Origin: Gammaproteobacteria bacterium
Lineage (GTDB): Bacteria; Pseudomonadota; Gammaproteobacteria; Steroidobacterales; Rariloculaceae
Direction of reading: 5' to 3'
NCBI GenBank assembly: GCA_963664945.1
Contig: OY761822.1
Location: 3,847,162-3,911,161 of the forward strand
DNA length: 64,000 bases
In this document: positions 31,020 through 43,334 of the stretch, piece after piece
How positions within the stretch are numbered: the first letter of the stretch is position 1
How the letters are laid out: every line of letters begins with the position of its first letter
The notes under the pieces: generated by a model
Told to the model about the DNA's origin: nothing
Databases searched by the model: none
The model's input: the letters and a program-made list of their open reading frames with translations, nothing else
Made by a program: the position numbers and the translations under genes

Positions 31020-31728
31020 AAGCCGAGTTGGAATCCGGATCCTCTGGCGCCGTGTCATCACGAGCGGTGGCGAAACCCGGATCCTCCGGCGCCATCTCAT
31101 CACGAGCGGTGGCGGAACCCGGATCCTCCGGCGCCGCCTCTTGCAGCAGTTCGGGCTGAGGACTCGGCTCGGGAAGCTCCAGCGCCACGTTGAGGTCATC
31201 GAGGTCCCTGATCTCAGACAGCGGCGGCAGATCGGCGAGCTTCCTGAGTCCGAAGTAATCGAGAAATTCCCTGGTCGTGGCGTACAGGGCGGGCCTGCCC
31301 GGTACGTCCCTTCGTCCGACGACGCGGATCCAGCCGCGCTCCAGCAGCGTCCTGACCATGTTGGTGCTGACCGAAACGCCGCGAACCTCCTCGATCTCTC
31401 CCCGGGTCACCGGCTGGCGATAGGCAATCAGGGCCAGCGTTTCGAGCATCGCCCTGGAATACCGCGGCGCGCGCTGCTCCCAAAGCGGCGCGAGTCGGGC
31501 CGTCATGGATGGGCGGATCTGAATCCGGTAACCGCTGGCCACCTCCTTCAGTTCGATGCCGCGGCCCCGGTAGTCCTTGCCGAGTTCTTCGAGAGCCGCC
31601 CTCAGCGTGCCGCGCTCCACGTTCCCGGCGCCCGCCGCGAACAGCTCGCCGAGCTGGTCCAGGCTCAACGGACGCCCGGCCCCCAGGAGGGCGGCCTCCA
31701 TGACGTGCTTGATCTCCGCGACTTCCAT
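31012..31728 (-). CDS. scpB: Segregation and condensation protein B
   Basis: VMEAALLGAGRPLSLDQL...LETLALIAYRQPVTRGEIEEVRGV is the ScpB winged-helix pattern. The C-terminus carries 14-aa tandem repeats. Confidence 0.85.
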   Translation of the reverse strand: MEVAEIKHVMEAALLGAGRPLSLDQLGELFAAGAGNVERGTLRAALEELGKDYRGRGIELKEVASGYRIQIRPSMTARLAPLWEQRAPRYSRAMLETLALIAYRQPVTRGEIEEVRGVSVSTNMVRTLLERGWIRVVGRRDVPGRPALYATTREFLDYFGLRKLADLPPLSEIRDLDDLNVALELPEPSPQPELLQEAAPEDPGSATARDEMAPEDPGFATARDDTAPEDPDSNSACG

Positions 31729-31737
31729 CGCTCCGGC

Positions 31738-32736
31738 TCAGGCCTGCTGTTGTTCCGGCCCGCCGCTGTCCGGACCGCCGCCGCCACCTCCGCCGCTGTC
31801 CGGCCGGGCGCTGTCCGGACCGCCGCCGTCATCTCCGCCGCTGTCCGGCCCGGCGCTGTCCGGATCCGGCGACCCCGCGGAGGCGCGCAGGTAGATGGGT
31901 CCGTAGAGTTCGTTCTGGACCACGTCCACCGTCGTTTCCTTGATCAACTCCAGAATGGCGAGGAACGTCACCGCCAGGCCGGGCCGGCCTTCGCGAGGAT
32001 CGAAAAGCTGGCTGAATTCGGTGAATCCGCCGTCTTCAAGCGCGTCCAGTATCTGGGACATCCGCTCCCTGACCGACAGGCGCTCCCGTTGCACATGATG
32101 GTGGGAGTAGAGATCCGCCCGCCGGACGGCATCGTGGAACGCAAGCAACAATTCTCTCAGGTCCACGTCCGGCGGCCTGGTGACCAGCCGTTTTCCCACG
32201 ACCTCCGCCGTCGCCTGCGCGATGTCCCTTTCCATGCGCTCCAGCGCGTCCATGTCATCGGCGGCGGCCTTGAATCGCTCGTACTCCTGGAGGCGGCGGA
32301 CCAGTTCGGCGCGGGGGTCCTCTTCTTCGTCGCTGCCTCCGGGCGGTCTCGGCAGCAGGATTCTCGACTTGATCTCGGCCAGCGTGGCCGCCATGACAAG
32401 GTATTCGCCCGCCAGCTCGAACTGCATGTCCCGCATGAGGTCAATGTAGCGCGTGTATTGGACGGTGACCTCGGCGATGGGAATGTCGAGAATGTCCAGA
32501 TTCTGCCGCCTGATGAGATACAGCAGCAGGTCGAGCGGCCCCTCGAAGGCTTCCAGGAAGACCTTGAGCGCGTGGGGCGGGATATAGAGGTCCCGGGGCA
32601 GTTCGGTCACCGGCTCGCCCTCGACCACGGCGAAGGGCATCTCACGCTGCCGGGGGTCGCCCGCTTGGCCTGAGATGGGCGGCGCCGTGGGAACCAGCTT
32701 GAGCCTGGGTCTGGATGAACGCCCGGCCGCGGTCAT
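31738..32736 (-). CDS. scpA: Segregation and condensation protein A
   Basis: FEGPLDLLLYLIRRQNLDILDIPIAEVT is the ScpA signature. An alternative start is MPFAVVEGEP at 32640. The C-terminal tail is Gly/Asp/Pro/Ser-rich. Confidence 0.82.
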   Translation of the reverse strand: MTAAGRSSRPRLKLVPTAPPISGQAGDPRQREMPFAVVEGEPVTELPRDLYIPPHALKVFLEAFEGPLDLLLYLIRRQNLDILDIPIAEVTVQYTRYIDLMRDMQFELAGEYLVMAATLAEIKSRILLPRPPGGSDEEEDPRAELVRRLQEYERFKAAADDMDALERMERDIAQATAEVVGKRLVTRPPDVDLRELLLAFHDAVRRADLYSHHHVQRERLSVRERMSQILDALEDGGFTEFSQLFDPREGRPGLAVTFLAILELIKETTVDVVQNELYGPIYLRASAGSPDPDSAGPDSGGDDGGGPDSARPDSGGGGGGGPDSGGPEQQQA

Positions 32737-33411
32737 TCAGGCAAGTCCGGCAACCGATCGCAGGAAGAATCTCAACAGCGGCCCGCGCACCGGCTCGATC
32801 AGTGTCCACAGGACGCCCGTGAACATCAACGCGATCAGGATGAAGAACCCGAACGGTTCCACGCGCTGCAGGGCGCGCGCAAATTGCGGCGGCAGCAAGC
32901 CGGCCAGCACGCGTCCGCCGTCGAGGGGCGGAATCGGCAACATGTTGAATACGGCCAGGAGCACGTTGATGACGACCCCGAACAGGCACATCCGCACTAC
33001 AAAGTCACCTTGCAGGTCCAGACCCGGGTCGAATGCGATCCGTTGCGACAGCAACAGCGCCCAACCAAACGCCATGGCCAGATTGACCGCCGGACCGGCG
33101 GCGGCCACCAGGATCATGTCGCGCCGTGGATTGCGGAGTTTGTGAAACGCCACGGGCACCGGCTTGGCCCAACCGAACGCCCACATTCCGGAACTCAGCA
33201 CAACCATGACAAAGGGCACGATGATCGTCCCGAGGGGATCCACGTGCTTGATCGGGTTGAGCGTCAACCGGCCGGCATATTTTGCCGTCGGGTCTCCGAA
33301 GTGCAGCGCCACCCAGCCGTGGGCGACTTCATGCACGGTAATCGCGAATATCAACGGGATGGCGACCGTCGCCACCAGGATCGCGATGCTCATGATTTGC
33401 GCGTCCGGCAT
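32737..33411 (-). CDS. M50-family (site-2 protease-like) membrane metalloprotease
   Basis: 224 aa polytopic protein with HEVAHGW (HExxH) in the first TM region. Confidence 0.75.
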   Translation of the reverse strand: MPDAQIMSIAILVATVAIPLIFAITVHEVAHGWVALHFGDPTAKYAGRLTLNPIKHVDPLGTIIVPFVMVVLSSGMWAFGWAKPVPVAFHKLRNPRRDMILVAAAGPAVNLAMAFGWALLLSQRIAFDPGLDLQGDFVVRMCLFGVVINVLLAVFNMLPIPPLDGGRVLAGLLPPQFARALQRVEPFGFFILIALMFTGVLWTLIEPVRGPLLRFFLRSVAGLA

Positions 33412-33444
33412 GCGCGTAGCATAGCCCGGTTGACGCCCCTGCGG

Positions 33445-34065
33445 CTACAGCAAACCGGCCACGCTTCCCTTGCCTTCGCGCAGGATGCGTAGATCGTTCT
33501 TGCTCAGATCCAGCACCGTGGTCGGCTCGATGCCGCATGAGCCTCCATCCACGATGAGGTCCACCTGGCGTTCCAGGCGGTCACGGATTTCCCGCGCATC
33601 GGTCAGGGGGATATCGTCTCCGGGCAACAGCAGAGTGGAACTCATGACGGGCTCTCCCAGGGCCGCGAGAATGCCCTGGGCGATGGGGTGATCCGGCACG
33701 CGTATGCCGATCGAGTGACGTTTCGGGTCCTGCAGGCGCCGCGGCACTTCGCGGGTCGCCCGCAGCACGAACGTGTAGGGGCCCGGCGTCAGCGAGCGAA
33801 GCAGCCGGTAGGCCCAGTTGTCCAGGCGGGCGTAGGTGGAAATCTCCGACAGGTCCCGGCACACCAGCGTGAAATGATGCGCCTTGCCGGCGCCGCGAAG
33901 CCGGCGCATGCGTTGCGCCGCCCGCCGGTCCCCCAGCAGGGCGCCCAGCGCGTAGCAGGAATCGGTGGGATAGGCGATCAGGCCGCCGGACCTGACGATC
34001 CGCACCGTGCCTTCCAGCAAACGGCCCTGGGGGTTGTCCGGATGAATTCGAAAATACTGGCTCAT
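33445..34065 (-). CDS. L-threonylcarbamoyladenylate synthase family protein (YciO/TsaC/Sua5 domain)
   Basis: 206 aa. Segments IAYPTDSCYALG, PGPYTFVL and STLLLPGD are YrdC-fold motifs. Confidence 0.8.
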   Translation of the reverse strand: MSQYFRIHPDNPQGRLLEGTVRIVRSGGLIAYPTDSCYALGALLGDRRAAQRMRRLRGAGKAHHFTLVCRDLSEISTYARLDNWAYRLLRSLTPGPYTFVLRATREVPRRLQDPKRHSIGIRVPDHPIAQGILAALGEPVMSSTLLLPGDDIPLTDAREIRDRLERQVDLIVDGGSCGIEPTTVLDLSKNDLRILREGKGSVAGLL

Positions 34066-34123
34066 GGAGGCATTCTACTTCCGACATGCGTTAAGATGCA
34101 GCGCTCGGAAACGGGGCGCCGTC

Positions 34124-34669
34124 ATGCAGGCTCTGATCGACTTTCTGCCCATCATCGTCTTCTTCGCGGTCTACCAGGCCGCCGACATCTATGCCGCCAC
34201 GGCGGCGCTCATCGTCGCCATGGCCTTGCAGATGGGCTATCAGTGGCTGCGGACCCGAACGGTCAACAGGATGCTGCTCATATCCGGATGCCTCGTGTTT
34301 CTTTTCGGCGGCATCACCCTCCTTTTCCGGAACCCCATCTTCATCCAGTGGAAACCCACCATTGTCAACGGGTTGTTCGCCGCGGCATTTCTCGCCAGCC
34401 GCTACATCGGCGGCAAGACGCTGACCGAGCGTGTCATGGGACACGCGGTGGAACTGGACCAGCCCACCTGGCGGCAGCTCAACCTGATGTGGGTCGGTAA
34501 TTTCACCCTCCTCGGCGCGGCAAACCTGTACGTCGTCTACAACTATTCGGAAGCGGTCTGGGTCAATTTCAAGCTGTTCGGCATGCTCGGGATCACGCTG
34601 CTGATGGTGGTCGTCCAGGTGGCCTGGATCGCCGCCAGGACGGCCGGCAGCCAACACCAGGAGGGTTGA
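34124..34669 (+). CDS. yciB: Intracellular septation protein A
   Basis: MQALIDFLPIIVFFAVYQ... polytopic, about 181 aa, typical YciB N-terminus. The tracked ORF begins 60 nt earlier. Confidence 0.8.
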   Translation: MQALIDFLPIIVFFAVYQAADIYAATAALIVAMALQMGYQWLRTRTVNRMLLISGCLVFLFGGITLLFRNPIFIQWKPTIVNGLFAAAFLASRYIGGKTLTERVMGHAVELDQPTWRQLNLMWVGNFTLLGAANLYVVYNYSEAVWVNFKLFGMLGITLLMVVVQVAWIAARTAGSQHQEG

Positions 34670-34736
34670 TCGTGCTCCACCGCATTCTGGCCCGCGACAC
34701 AAAAATTCTGGCCCGCGACGCAAGAAAGGCGCCGCC

Positions 34737-35024
34737 GTGAGCGAAGACAGGCTCCGCCTGATACGGTCGCGTCTGGAAACCGCCTTTGCGCCGGAGCGTC
34801 TGGACCTGATCGACGAGGGCCACTTGCACCGTGGCCACGCGGGCGCCGCCGACGGCAGGGGCCATTTCAGAGTGCGGATCGTGTCGAAGCGATTCCGGAA
34901 TGCGCGCCCCGTTCAGCGCCAACGGATGATCTTCGAAGCCCTCGGGGACCTGATGCAGACCGACATCCATGCCCTGAGCATTTCCGCACACCCCCCGGCC
35001 GCCGGGGATGCCGGCGACAAATGA
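34737..35024 (+). CDS. BolA-family protein
   Basis: 95 aa with a GTG start. GHFRVRIVSKRFRN...RQRMIFEAL......IHALSI is the BolA pattern. Confidence 0.72.
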   Translation: MSEDRLRLIRSRLETAFAPERLDLIDEGHLHRGHAGAADGRGHFRVRIVSKRFRNARPVQRQRMIFEALGDLMQTDIHALSISAHPPAAGDAGDK

Positions 35025-35037
35025 CGACGAGACGATC

Positions 35038-35877
35038 ATGAAAAAATACCACGCGAGCGCGAGTTCACTGTTACTGGTCCTGTTGCTGGGCGCCTGCGCC
35101 GAGCAACCGGCCTCCGGACCGCCCGAGGCCAATCCCTTTGGCGAGGGCACGGTGGCGACGATCAACGGCGCCCCCCTCTACGCCTCCGTATTCGATGCCT
35201 ATGCGGTCGCGAGGTTGCAGAAATCCGCCGAAGACCTGTCGGATGAAGAACGCGATGCCCTGTTGGAGGAAATGATCCAGTTCCAGCTCCTGGCGGGAGC
35301 CGCCGTCGACGCCGGACTGACCCGGGAACAGGACATCGCCATCGACCTGGAGTTGCAGCGGCTGCAGACCCTGAGCCGACTGATGGCCACCCGGCACCTG
35401 GACGGCAATCCGGTGACCTCGGTCGAACTCCAGGACGCGTACGAAGAGAATATCGATCAGCTGTCCGGAGTCCAGTACAAGGCGCGTCATATCCTGCTGG
35501 ACCAGGAGTCCGACGCGCTGGAGGTGATCGGCGAACTTGAGGGCGGCGCCGATTTCGCGCAACTGGCCATGGACCGCTCCACGGGGCCCTCGGGACCCGA
35601 CGGCGGCGACCTGGGCTGGTTTTCGGCCGATACCATGGTCGCGCCCTTTTCCGACGCCGTCGCCGCCATGGAGGTGGGGACGTATTCCCGGCAACCCGTG
35701 CAGACACGGTTCGGCTGGCACGTCATTCTCCTTGAAGAAACGGAAGACCGGATGCCACCCGGACTGGAAGCCGTGCGCAACGACATCACGTCGCTGGTGG
35801 AACAACAAAAAGTCGAGGAATTCCTGAATTCGTTGCGGGAGGCGGCGGAGATCGTCACCGGCCAAGATGCCGGTTAG
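35038..35877 (+). CDS. Parvulin (PpiC)-type peptidyl-prolyl isomerase, predicted lipoprotein
   Basis: MKKYHASASSLLLVLLLGAC lipobox. PPIase core ARHILL...GGDLGWF....MV.PF......M..G......PV.T.FGWHVILLE. Confidence 0.8.
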   Translation: MKKYHASASSLLLVLLLGACAEQPASGPPEANPFGEGTVATINGAPLYASVFDAYAVARLQKSAEDLSDEERDALLEEMIQFQLLAGAAVDAGLTREQDIAIDLELQRLQTLSRLMATRHLDGNPVTSVELQDAYEENIDQLSGVQYKARHILLDQESDALEVIGELEGGADFAQLAMDRSTGPSGPDGGDLGWFSADTMVAPFSDAVAAMEVGTYSRQPVQTRFGWHVILLEETEDRMPPGLEAVRNDITSLVEQQKVEEFLNSLREAAEIVTGQDAG

Positions 35878-35972
35878 CGCTCGCGTATTCCAATCAACAA
35901 ACGAAGTTCCTGGAGACCGCTCAAAAAATCCAGCGCGCTCTCGAGTCTTGTCGTTGATACGCCATGAGGTAG

Positions 35973-38618
<2,646 letters not shown>

Positions 38619-38742
38619 CCTACTGATAATGTCGCATCAGCGCGCCCACAAGCGTGCAGATGCGCGGCGTCGGCTCGCCGCGCTGACGCGGAGGGAAATG
38701 AGTATTTCCATGGAAGCTTTCATGGGATAGGCAAGCCCGCGG

Positions 38743-39537
38743 TCAGCGGCCGGACTGCCGGCGGCGGTACTCGATCAATTCCTCGCGAACGTACCGTTCG
38801 CTCTGGATGGTCCACGAATTCCCCGACTCGTCCAATAATTCAGCGTCAAGCTCGTTGCAAAGTTCGCGCGCGATGCCGATCATCCTGTCGAATCGCTCCA
38901 CCGGGTCGCGGGGCCCGGGCAAGACCAGGAAAAAGGTCATGCCGGGCAACGTGGAACCCGTGAGACTGGACAGATCGAACGAACCGGGCTCAACCAGGTT
39001 GGCGACGCTGAATCCGCTCTCCGGCGTATTGCCGTCTCCGCAGTAGTGGAAGATACCGTATGGGCCATGCCGGAGGCCCGCCTCGCGCAATGCCTGCACG
39101 GTGCGCTCCGCGTCGAGGCGCCCGTCTTCCTTGGCAACCAGGCGCAAACTGACGACCTGCTCCGTATGGGCCACGACCCCGGCGGCGGCGGGGCCGTCCC
39201 GCGGCCCGTCCGGCGGCTCGCCGGAAACCTCCGTGGAGGGGAGTCCCTCTTCCGCGGCGCCGGCGGAGGCGCTGGCGGAGGCGCCGGCGGAGGCGCCTGC
39301 CACCTCGCCGGTGGCCGTCAAGCCATCTCGCGACTGGGCCAGCCTTGTGGCCGAAACAACCGCCTCCGGTTTCCCGGGCCGCAACTCCGATTCTTCAGGC
39401 CAGATTTCCGGTTCCGACCGGGGCGTCCCGGACGGCCTTGAGCGCGACTTGAGCAAGCCCGCGAGGAACACGCCCAGAATGACCAGCAGACCCAGCCCGA
39501 GCACGACCCAGCGCAATTCCAGTTCGGACCAGACCAT
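38743..39537 (-). CDS. zipA: Cell division protein ZipA
   Basis: N-terminal TM helix, Pro/Ala/Glu-rich linker, and the C-terminal FtsZ-binding domain pattern (VVSLRLVAKEDG...GPYGIFHY...LPGMTFFLVLPGP). The ATG overlaps the smc stop (TAATG). Confidence 0.82.
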   Translation of the reverse strand: MVWSELELRWVVLGLGLLVILGVFLAGLLKSRSRPSGTPRSEPEIWPEESELRPGKPEAVVSATRLAQSRDGLTATGEVAGASAGASASASAGAAEEGLPSTEVSGEPPDGPRDGPAAAGVVAHTEQVVSLRLVAKEDGRLDAERTVQALREAGLRHGPYGIFHYCGDGNTPESGFSVANLVEPGSFDLSSLTGSTLPGMTFFLVLPGPRDPVERFDRMIGIARELCNELDAELLDESGNSWTIQSERYVREELIEYRRRQSGR

Positions 39538-42500
39538 TACACGGCGGCAAGTTGAACGGCCTCGTCGATGTCGACGGCAACCAGCCGGGACACCCCCGGC
39601 TCGCTCATGGTCACGCCTGTCAGTTGCTGCATGGATTCCATGGTGGTCTTGTTGTGCGTAATCAGAACGAACTGCACGCGCTGCGACATCTCGCCGACGA
39701 TCTCCGCGAAGCGCCCGACGTTGGCGTCGTCAAGGGGCGCGTCAACCTCGTCCAGCAGGCAGAACGGCGCCGGGTTGAGTTCGAAGATCGAAAAGACAAG
39801 CGCCACGGCGGTCAGCGCCTTCTCGCCGCCGGAGAGCAGGTGAATCGTGCTCACGCGCTTGCCGGGAGGACGCGCCATGATCGTGACCCCGGAGGTGAGC
39901 AGATCGTCGCCATCCAGTTCCAGGTACGCGTGCCCACCGCCGTAAAGTCTGGGAAACAGCCGGGCCAGGCCCTTGTTGGCGGCCTTGAATGTTTCGTCGA
40001 ATCGTGTCCGGGTCTCGCGGTCGATCTTGCGAATGGCGTTCTCCAGCGTCGCCAGCGCCTTGCCGAGATCGTCGAACTGGGAATCCAGGTACTGCTTGCG
40101 CTCGGTCTGGCGCTCGAGCTCGTCGATGGCGGCAAGGTTGACGGACCCGACCAGTCGAATTCGCCGCGCAAGCTTCTCCAGGCCCGACTCCCATGAGTCA
40201 ACCGACGCATCATCCTGCAACGACGCCAGGAGGTCATCGGATTCGAATCCGGTCCTCGACAAATCGGCGTTGACCGATTCCATCCGAACCTCGACTTCGC
40301 GGACGTCCAACCGTGCTTCTTCCAGCACCTGGCGAGCGGTGTCGACGTCGCGCTCCTGCCCGGCGTGGCGGAACCTGGAGTCCCGCAAGCGCGCTTCCGC
40401 TTCCTCCACGGCAGTTCGGGCCGCATGCAACCGGTCCCGGACCTTCAGTTTTTCCTTGAGTTGTTCTTCGAGTACGCGTTCTTCCTCGGCCGCGGGTTCG
40501 ACGGCGGCCTGCGCTTCGGCCCGCAGTTCGTCCCGGCGCCGGCGCAGATGCCCCTGCTGATCGCGTATTCGATCCAGCGCACCGAGGGCCGACTCCCTGG
40601 AACTCTTTTCCGCCTCGATGCGCCGCGAAAGGTCCTGGACATCGGCCCGGCGTTGCTCTTCGTCGGCGCGCGCGCGCTCCAGCCGGCGCCGATCGTCGTC
40701 GCGGCGCGCTTCCAGTGTTGCACGGGATTCCGCCAGTTCCCCGCGGCGCGACAGCGCCTGGTCGAATTGCGCCCGGGAGCGCGATTCGCGGTCCGCCAGG
40801 CCCTGTAGTTCCTCGTCGATCTCCCGCATGCGGCGCGCGGCGGCCTGGCTCCTTCGAATCAAGTCATCGAACTTCGACCGGCCGGTATCGAGTTCGCTCC
40901 TGATATCGGTGTAGTTCTGCTGCCGTTCAACCGCAATCGCTTGCGCGTCACCCTGGCCGGCCTCGGTCCGCTCCAGTTCCTTGCGCACCTTTGCGAGATC
41001 GCCCTGCAGGCCCTCGACCTGCCCGACGAACGAAGCGATGCCCTTGCGCAGCCGCTTGATCTCCTCGCCACGGGCCAGCAGGCCCGCTTGCGGGTCGGCG
41101 TCCCGCCGGACCCGAATCCACTGCGGTCCCATCCACAGACCGTCGCGCGTCACCACCGACTCCTGCGCCCCCAGGCGCCGGCGAATCGCGAGGGCGTCCG
41201 TCACGGTCTCGGCCGCATGCACGCCCTTCAGCAGCTTGTCCACGCCGGGGCCCTTGACGAAGTGGCGCAACATTCGCCTGGAGCCGCGCCCTGCGGGCGC
41301 TTCGGCGACGCCGTTGTCCCAGAGCGTCACGTCGCCCTTGGCCAGCTCCGCCAATCGCGGCGCCGCCGCATCGGTCCCGTCCACGCAGATCGCCTGCAGA
41401 TAGTCGCCCAGTACCGTTTCCACGGCTGTTTCCCAGCCTGCCTCAGCCACCAGGGCGTCAGCGTAGCGGGGATTTGAAAGCCAGCCGCTCGAATCGAGCC
41501 AATCGCCAACTTCGTGCGACGTCGGCTCCGCGGCAGCCTCCTGCAACGCCTGCAGCGAAGCCAACCGCCCCCGTTGCTCCTGCAGTTGCCGCCGGGCCTC
41601 ATCCAACCGCTGCGCGACGCCGGCCTCGGCCTCCCGTAACGACTGAAGCCGATTCCACGTTTTATCGAGTTCGGTTGAAGCTTCTTCGGACGCGCGCCGC
41701 AGCGTTTGTTCATCTTCGGCCAGTGCTTCAAGCCGCTCCCGCAGGCGGTCGGCGTCCCGGTCGGGCCGCTCCTCTTCAAGCCGTTTACGCTCCTCCCGCA
41801 GGCGATTCCGACGGTCATCGAGATGCCCCAGGCGTTCCTCCTCGACCCGCTCCGTGCGCTCGGCCTCGGCAAGCGACTCGACGACGCCTCCCCACTCTTC
41901 CTGCGACGCTTCCCACGCCAGCTCGGCCTGCCGGAGAGCTTCCCGGAAGCCCCGATGCTGGCCGCGGGCGCGCGCAAGGCGCGGCTCGAGCCCATCCAGC
42001 ATCCGGTCGACCGCCTCGATCACGGACCTGTCGCTGTCCGACAGCGACTGGCTCTGGTCGAGCTGTCTGGCGATATCCTCCAGGTCCATCTTCCGACGCT
42101 GTTGGAGTTTCCTTCGATGCTCGATGGATTGTTCGAGCCGGCTGACCTCCGAATCCACCTCCAGCGCCCGGCTTCGCACTTCGCCGTGGTGCTTGTTGCG
42201 CTCGTCCAGTTCCTGCCGCAACTCTTCGATCTTCGCTTCCGTGGCGCGCTGCCGGGCCAGCGTCGCGTCCAGGCTTGTCTGCTTTCCGTCCCTGTGGGCG
42301 CGCCGGGACTCATGGTCTTCCTGCAATGCGGACAATCGCAACACCAGCAGCTCAGCCTCCATCCGCCGCTGCTCGGCCTTCAGCGCCTTGTAACGCTCGG
42401 CGGCCCGCGCCTGGCGTTGCAGGCGACCGATCTGCTTGCCGACCTCTCCAAGCAGGTCGCTGAGCCGGTCCAAATTCTCCCGGGTGCGCCGGATGCGGTG

Positions 42501-43043
42501 TTCGGTTTCGCGGCGGCGCTCCTTGTACCTTGAGATTCCCGCCGCCTCCTCCAGAAAGGCGCGCAAATCCTCGGGCCTGGCTTCCACCAGCCGCGAAATC
42601 ATGCCCTGCTCGATGATGGAGTACCCGTGAGACCCCAGCCCGGTGCCCAGGAGCATGTGGGTGATGTCCTTGCGTCGGCAGCGGCTGTTGTTCAGGAAGT
42701 ACTTCGACGTGCCGTCGCGGGAAACCACGCGCCGCACGGCCACCTCCGAATAACCCGCGTAAGGCCCGCCCAGCGTTCCGTCGGCGTTGTTGAACATGAG
42801 TTCCACGCTCGCCCTGCCAACGGGCTTGCGTACGCTGGAACCGTTGAATATCACGTCGGCCATGGAGTCGCCGCGCAGCGTCCTGGCGGAACTTTCGCCA
42901 AGGACCCAGCGAACGGCGTCGATGATGTTGGACTTGCCGCACCCGTTCGGGCCGACTATCGCCATGAGATTTCCGGGGAAGGAGATCGTTGTGGAATCCA
43001 CAAAAGACTTGAAGCCCGAAAGCTTAATCTTACTCAGGCGCAT
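39537..43043 (-). CDS. smc: Chromosome partition protein Smc
   Basis: 1168 aa. Walker A VGPNGCGKSNIIDA, long coiled coils, hinge, signature LSGGEKALTAVAL, Walker B FCLLDEVDAPLD. Confidence 0.93.
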   Translation of the reverse strand: MRLSKIKLSGFKSFVDSTTISFPGNLMAIVGPNGCGKSNIIDAVRWVLGESSARTLRGDSMADVIFNGSSVRKPVGRASVELMFNNADGTLGGPYAGYSEVAVRRVVSRDGTSKYFLNNSRCRRKDITHMLLGTGLGSHGYSIIEQGMISRLVEARPEDLRAFLEEAAGISRYKERRRETEHRIRRTRENLDRLSDLLGEVGKQIGRLQRQARAAERYKALKAEQRRMEAELLVLRLSALQEDHESRRAHRDGKQTSLDATLARQRATEAKIEELRQELDERNKHHGEVRSRALEVDSEVSRLEQSIEHRRKLQQRRKMDLEDIARQLDQSQSLSDSDRSVIEAVDRMLDGLEPRLARARGQHRGFREALRQAELAWEASQEEWGGVVESLAEAERTERVEEERLGHLDDRRNRLREERKRLEEERPDRDADRLRERLEALAEDEQTLRRASEEASTELDKTWNRLQSLREAEAGVAQRLDEARRQLQEQRGRLASLQALQEAAAEPTSHEVGDWLDSSGWLSNPRYADALVAEAGWETAVETVLGDYLQAICVDGTDAAAPRLAELAKGDVTLWDNGVAEAPAGRGSRRMLRHFVKGPGVDKLLKGVHAAETVTDALAIRRRLGAQESVVTRDGLWMGPQWIRVRRDADPQAGLLARGEEIKRLRKGIASFVGQVEGLQGDLAKVRKELERTEAGQGDAQAIAVERQQNYTDIRSELDTGRSKFDDLIRRSQAAARRMREIDEELQGLADRESRSRAQFDQALSRRGELAESRATLEARRDDDRRRLERARADEEQRRADVQDLSRRIEAEKSSRESALGALDRIRDQQGHLRRRRDELRAEAQAAVEPAAEEERVLEEQLKEKLKVRDRLHAARTAVEEAEARLRDSRFRHAGQERDVDTARQVLEEARLDVREVEVRMESVNADLSRTGFESDDLLASLQDDASVDSWESGLEKLARRIRLVGSVNLAAIDELERQTERKQYLDSQFDDLGKALATLENAIRKIDRETRTRFDETFKAANKGLARLFPRLYGGGHAYLELDGDDLLTSGVTIMARPPGKRVSTIHLLSGGEKALTAVALVFSIFELNPAPFCLLDEVDAPLDDANVGRFAEIVGEMSQRVQFVLITHNKTTMESMQQLTGVTMSEPGVSRLVAVDIDEAVQLAAV

Positions 43044-43294
43044 ACTGACTTGTGACAGTTGAGCAAAACCAGGCCGCGATTACTGCTCCAACGAAGCCAG
43101 TGTAATCGAAAAAGGCGGCCAAAACGATTTTTTTTGGCGGATGCGGCCCTGTGGCGGGGCGGCCACCAGAGGCCGGATTAGCTCAAGTTCGGAGAATATG
43201 GCCCGGCATGCCGGCCAATCGAACCCTGCCGCCACCCTGTTGCCGGCGACGATATTCGATTGTCGCAAAGGCTTCCGCTCTGGCTCCATCGCGG

Positions 43295-43300
43295 TATAAT
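43295..43300 (+). promoter_or_regulatory. Perfect -10 hexamer upstream of dksA
   Basis: TATAAT at 43295-43300, 35 nt before the dksA ATG. Only a weak -35 (TTCCGC, 16-nt spacer). Confidence 0.35.
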
Positions 43301-43334
43301 CGCGCGTTTCCCACCAACTGATATGTCTTGACCC

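Noticed and set aside
31020-31199. Long N-terminal extension of rluB (tracked ORF start 31199)
   Set aside because: The extension is Arg/Pro-rich, is the alternate frame of the scpB tandem repeats, and overlaps scpB by 188 nt. The conserved S4 domain begins right after GTG 31019.
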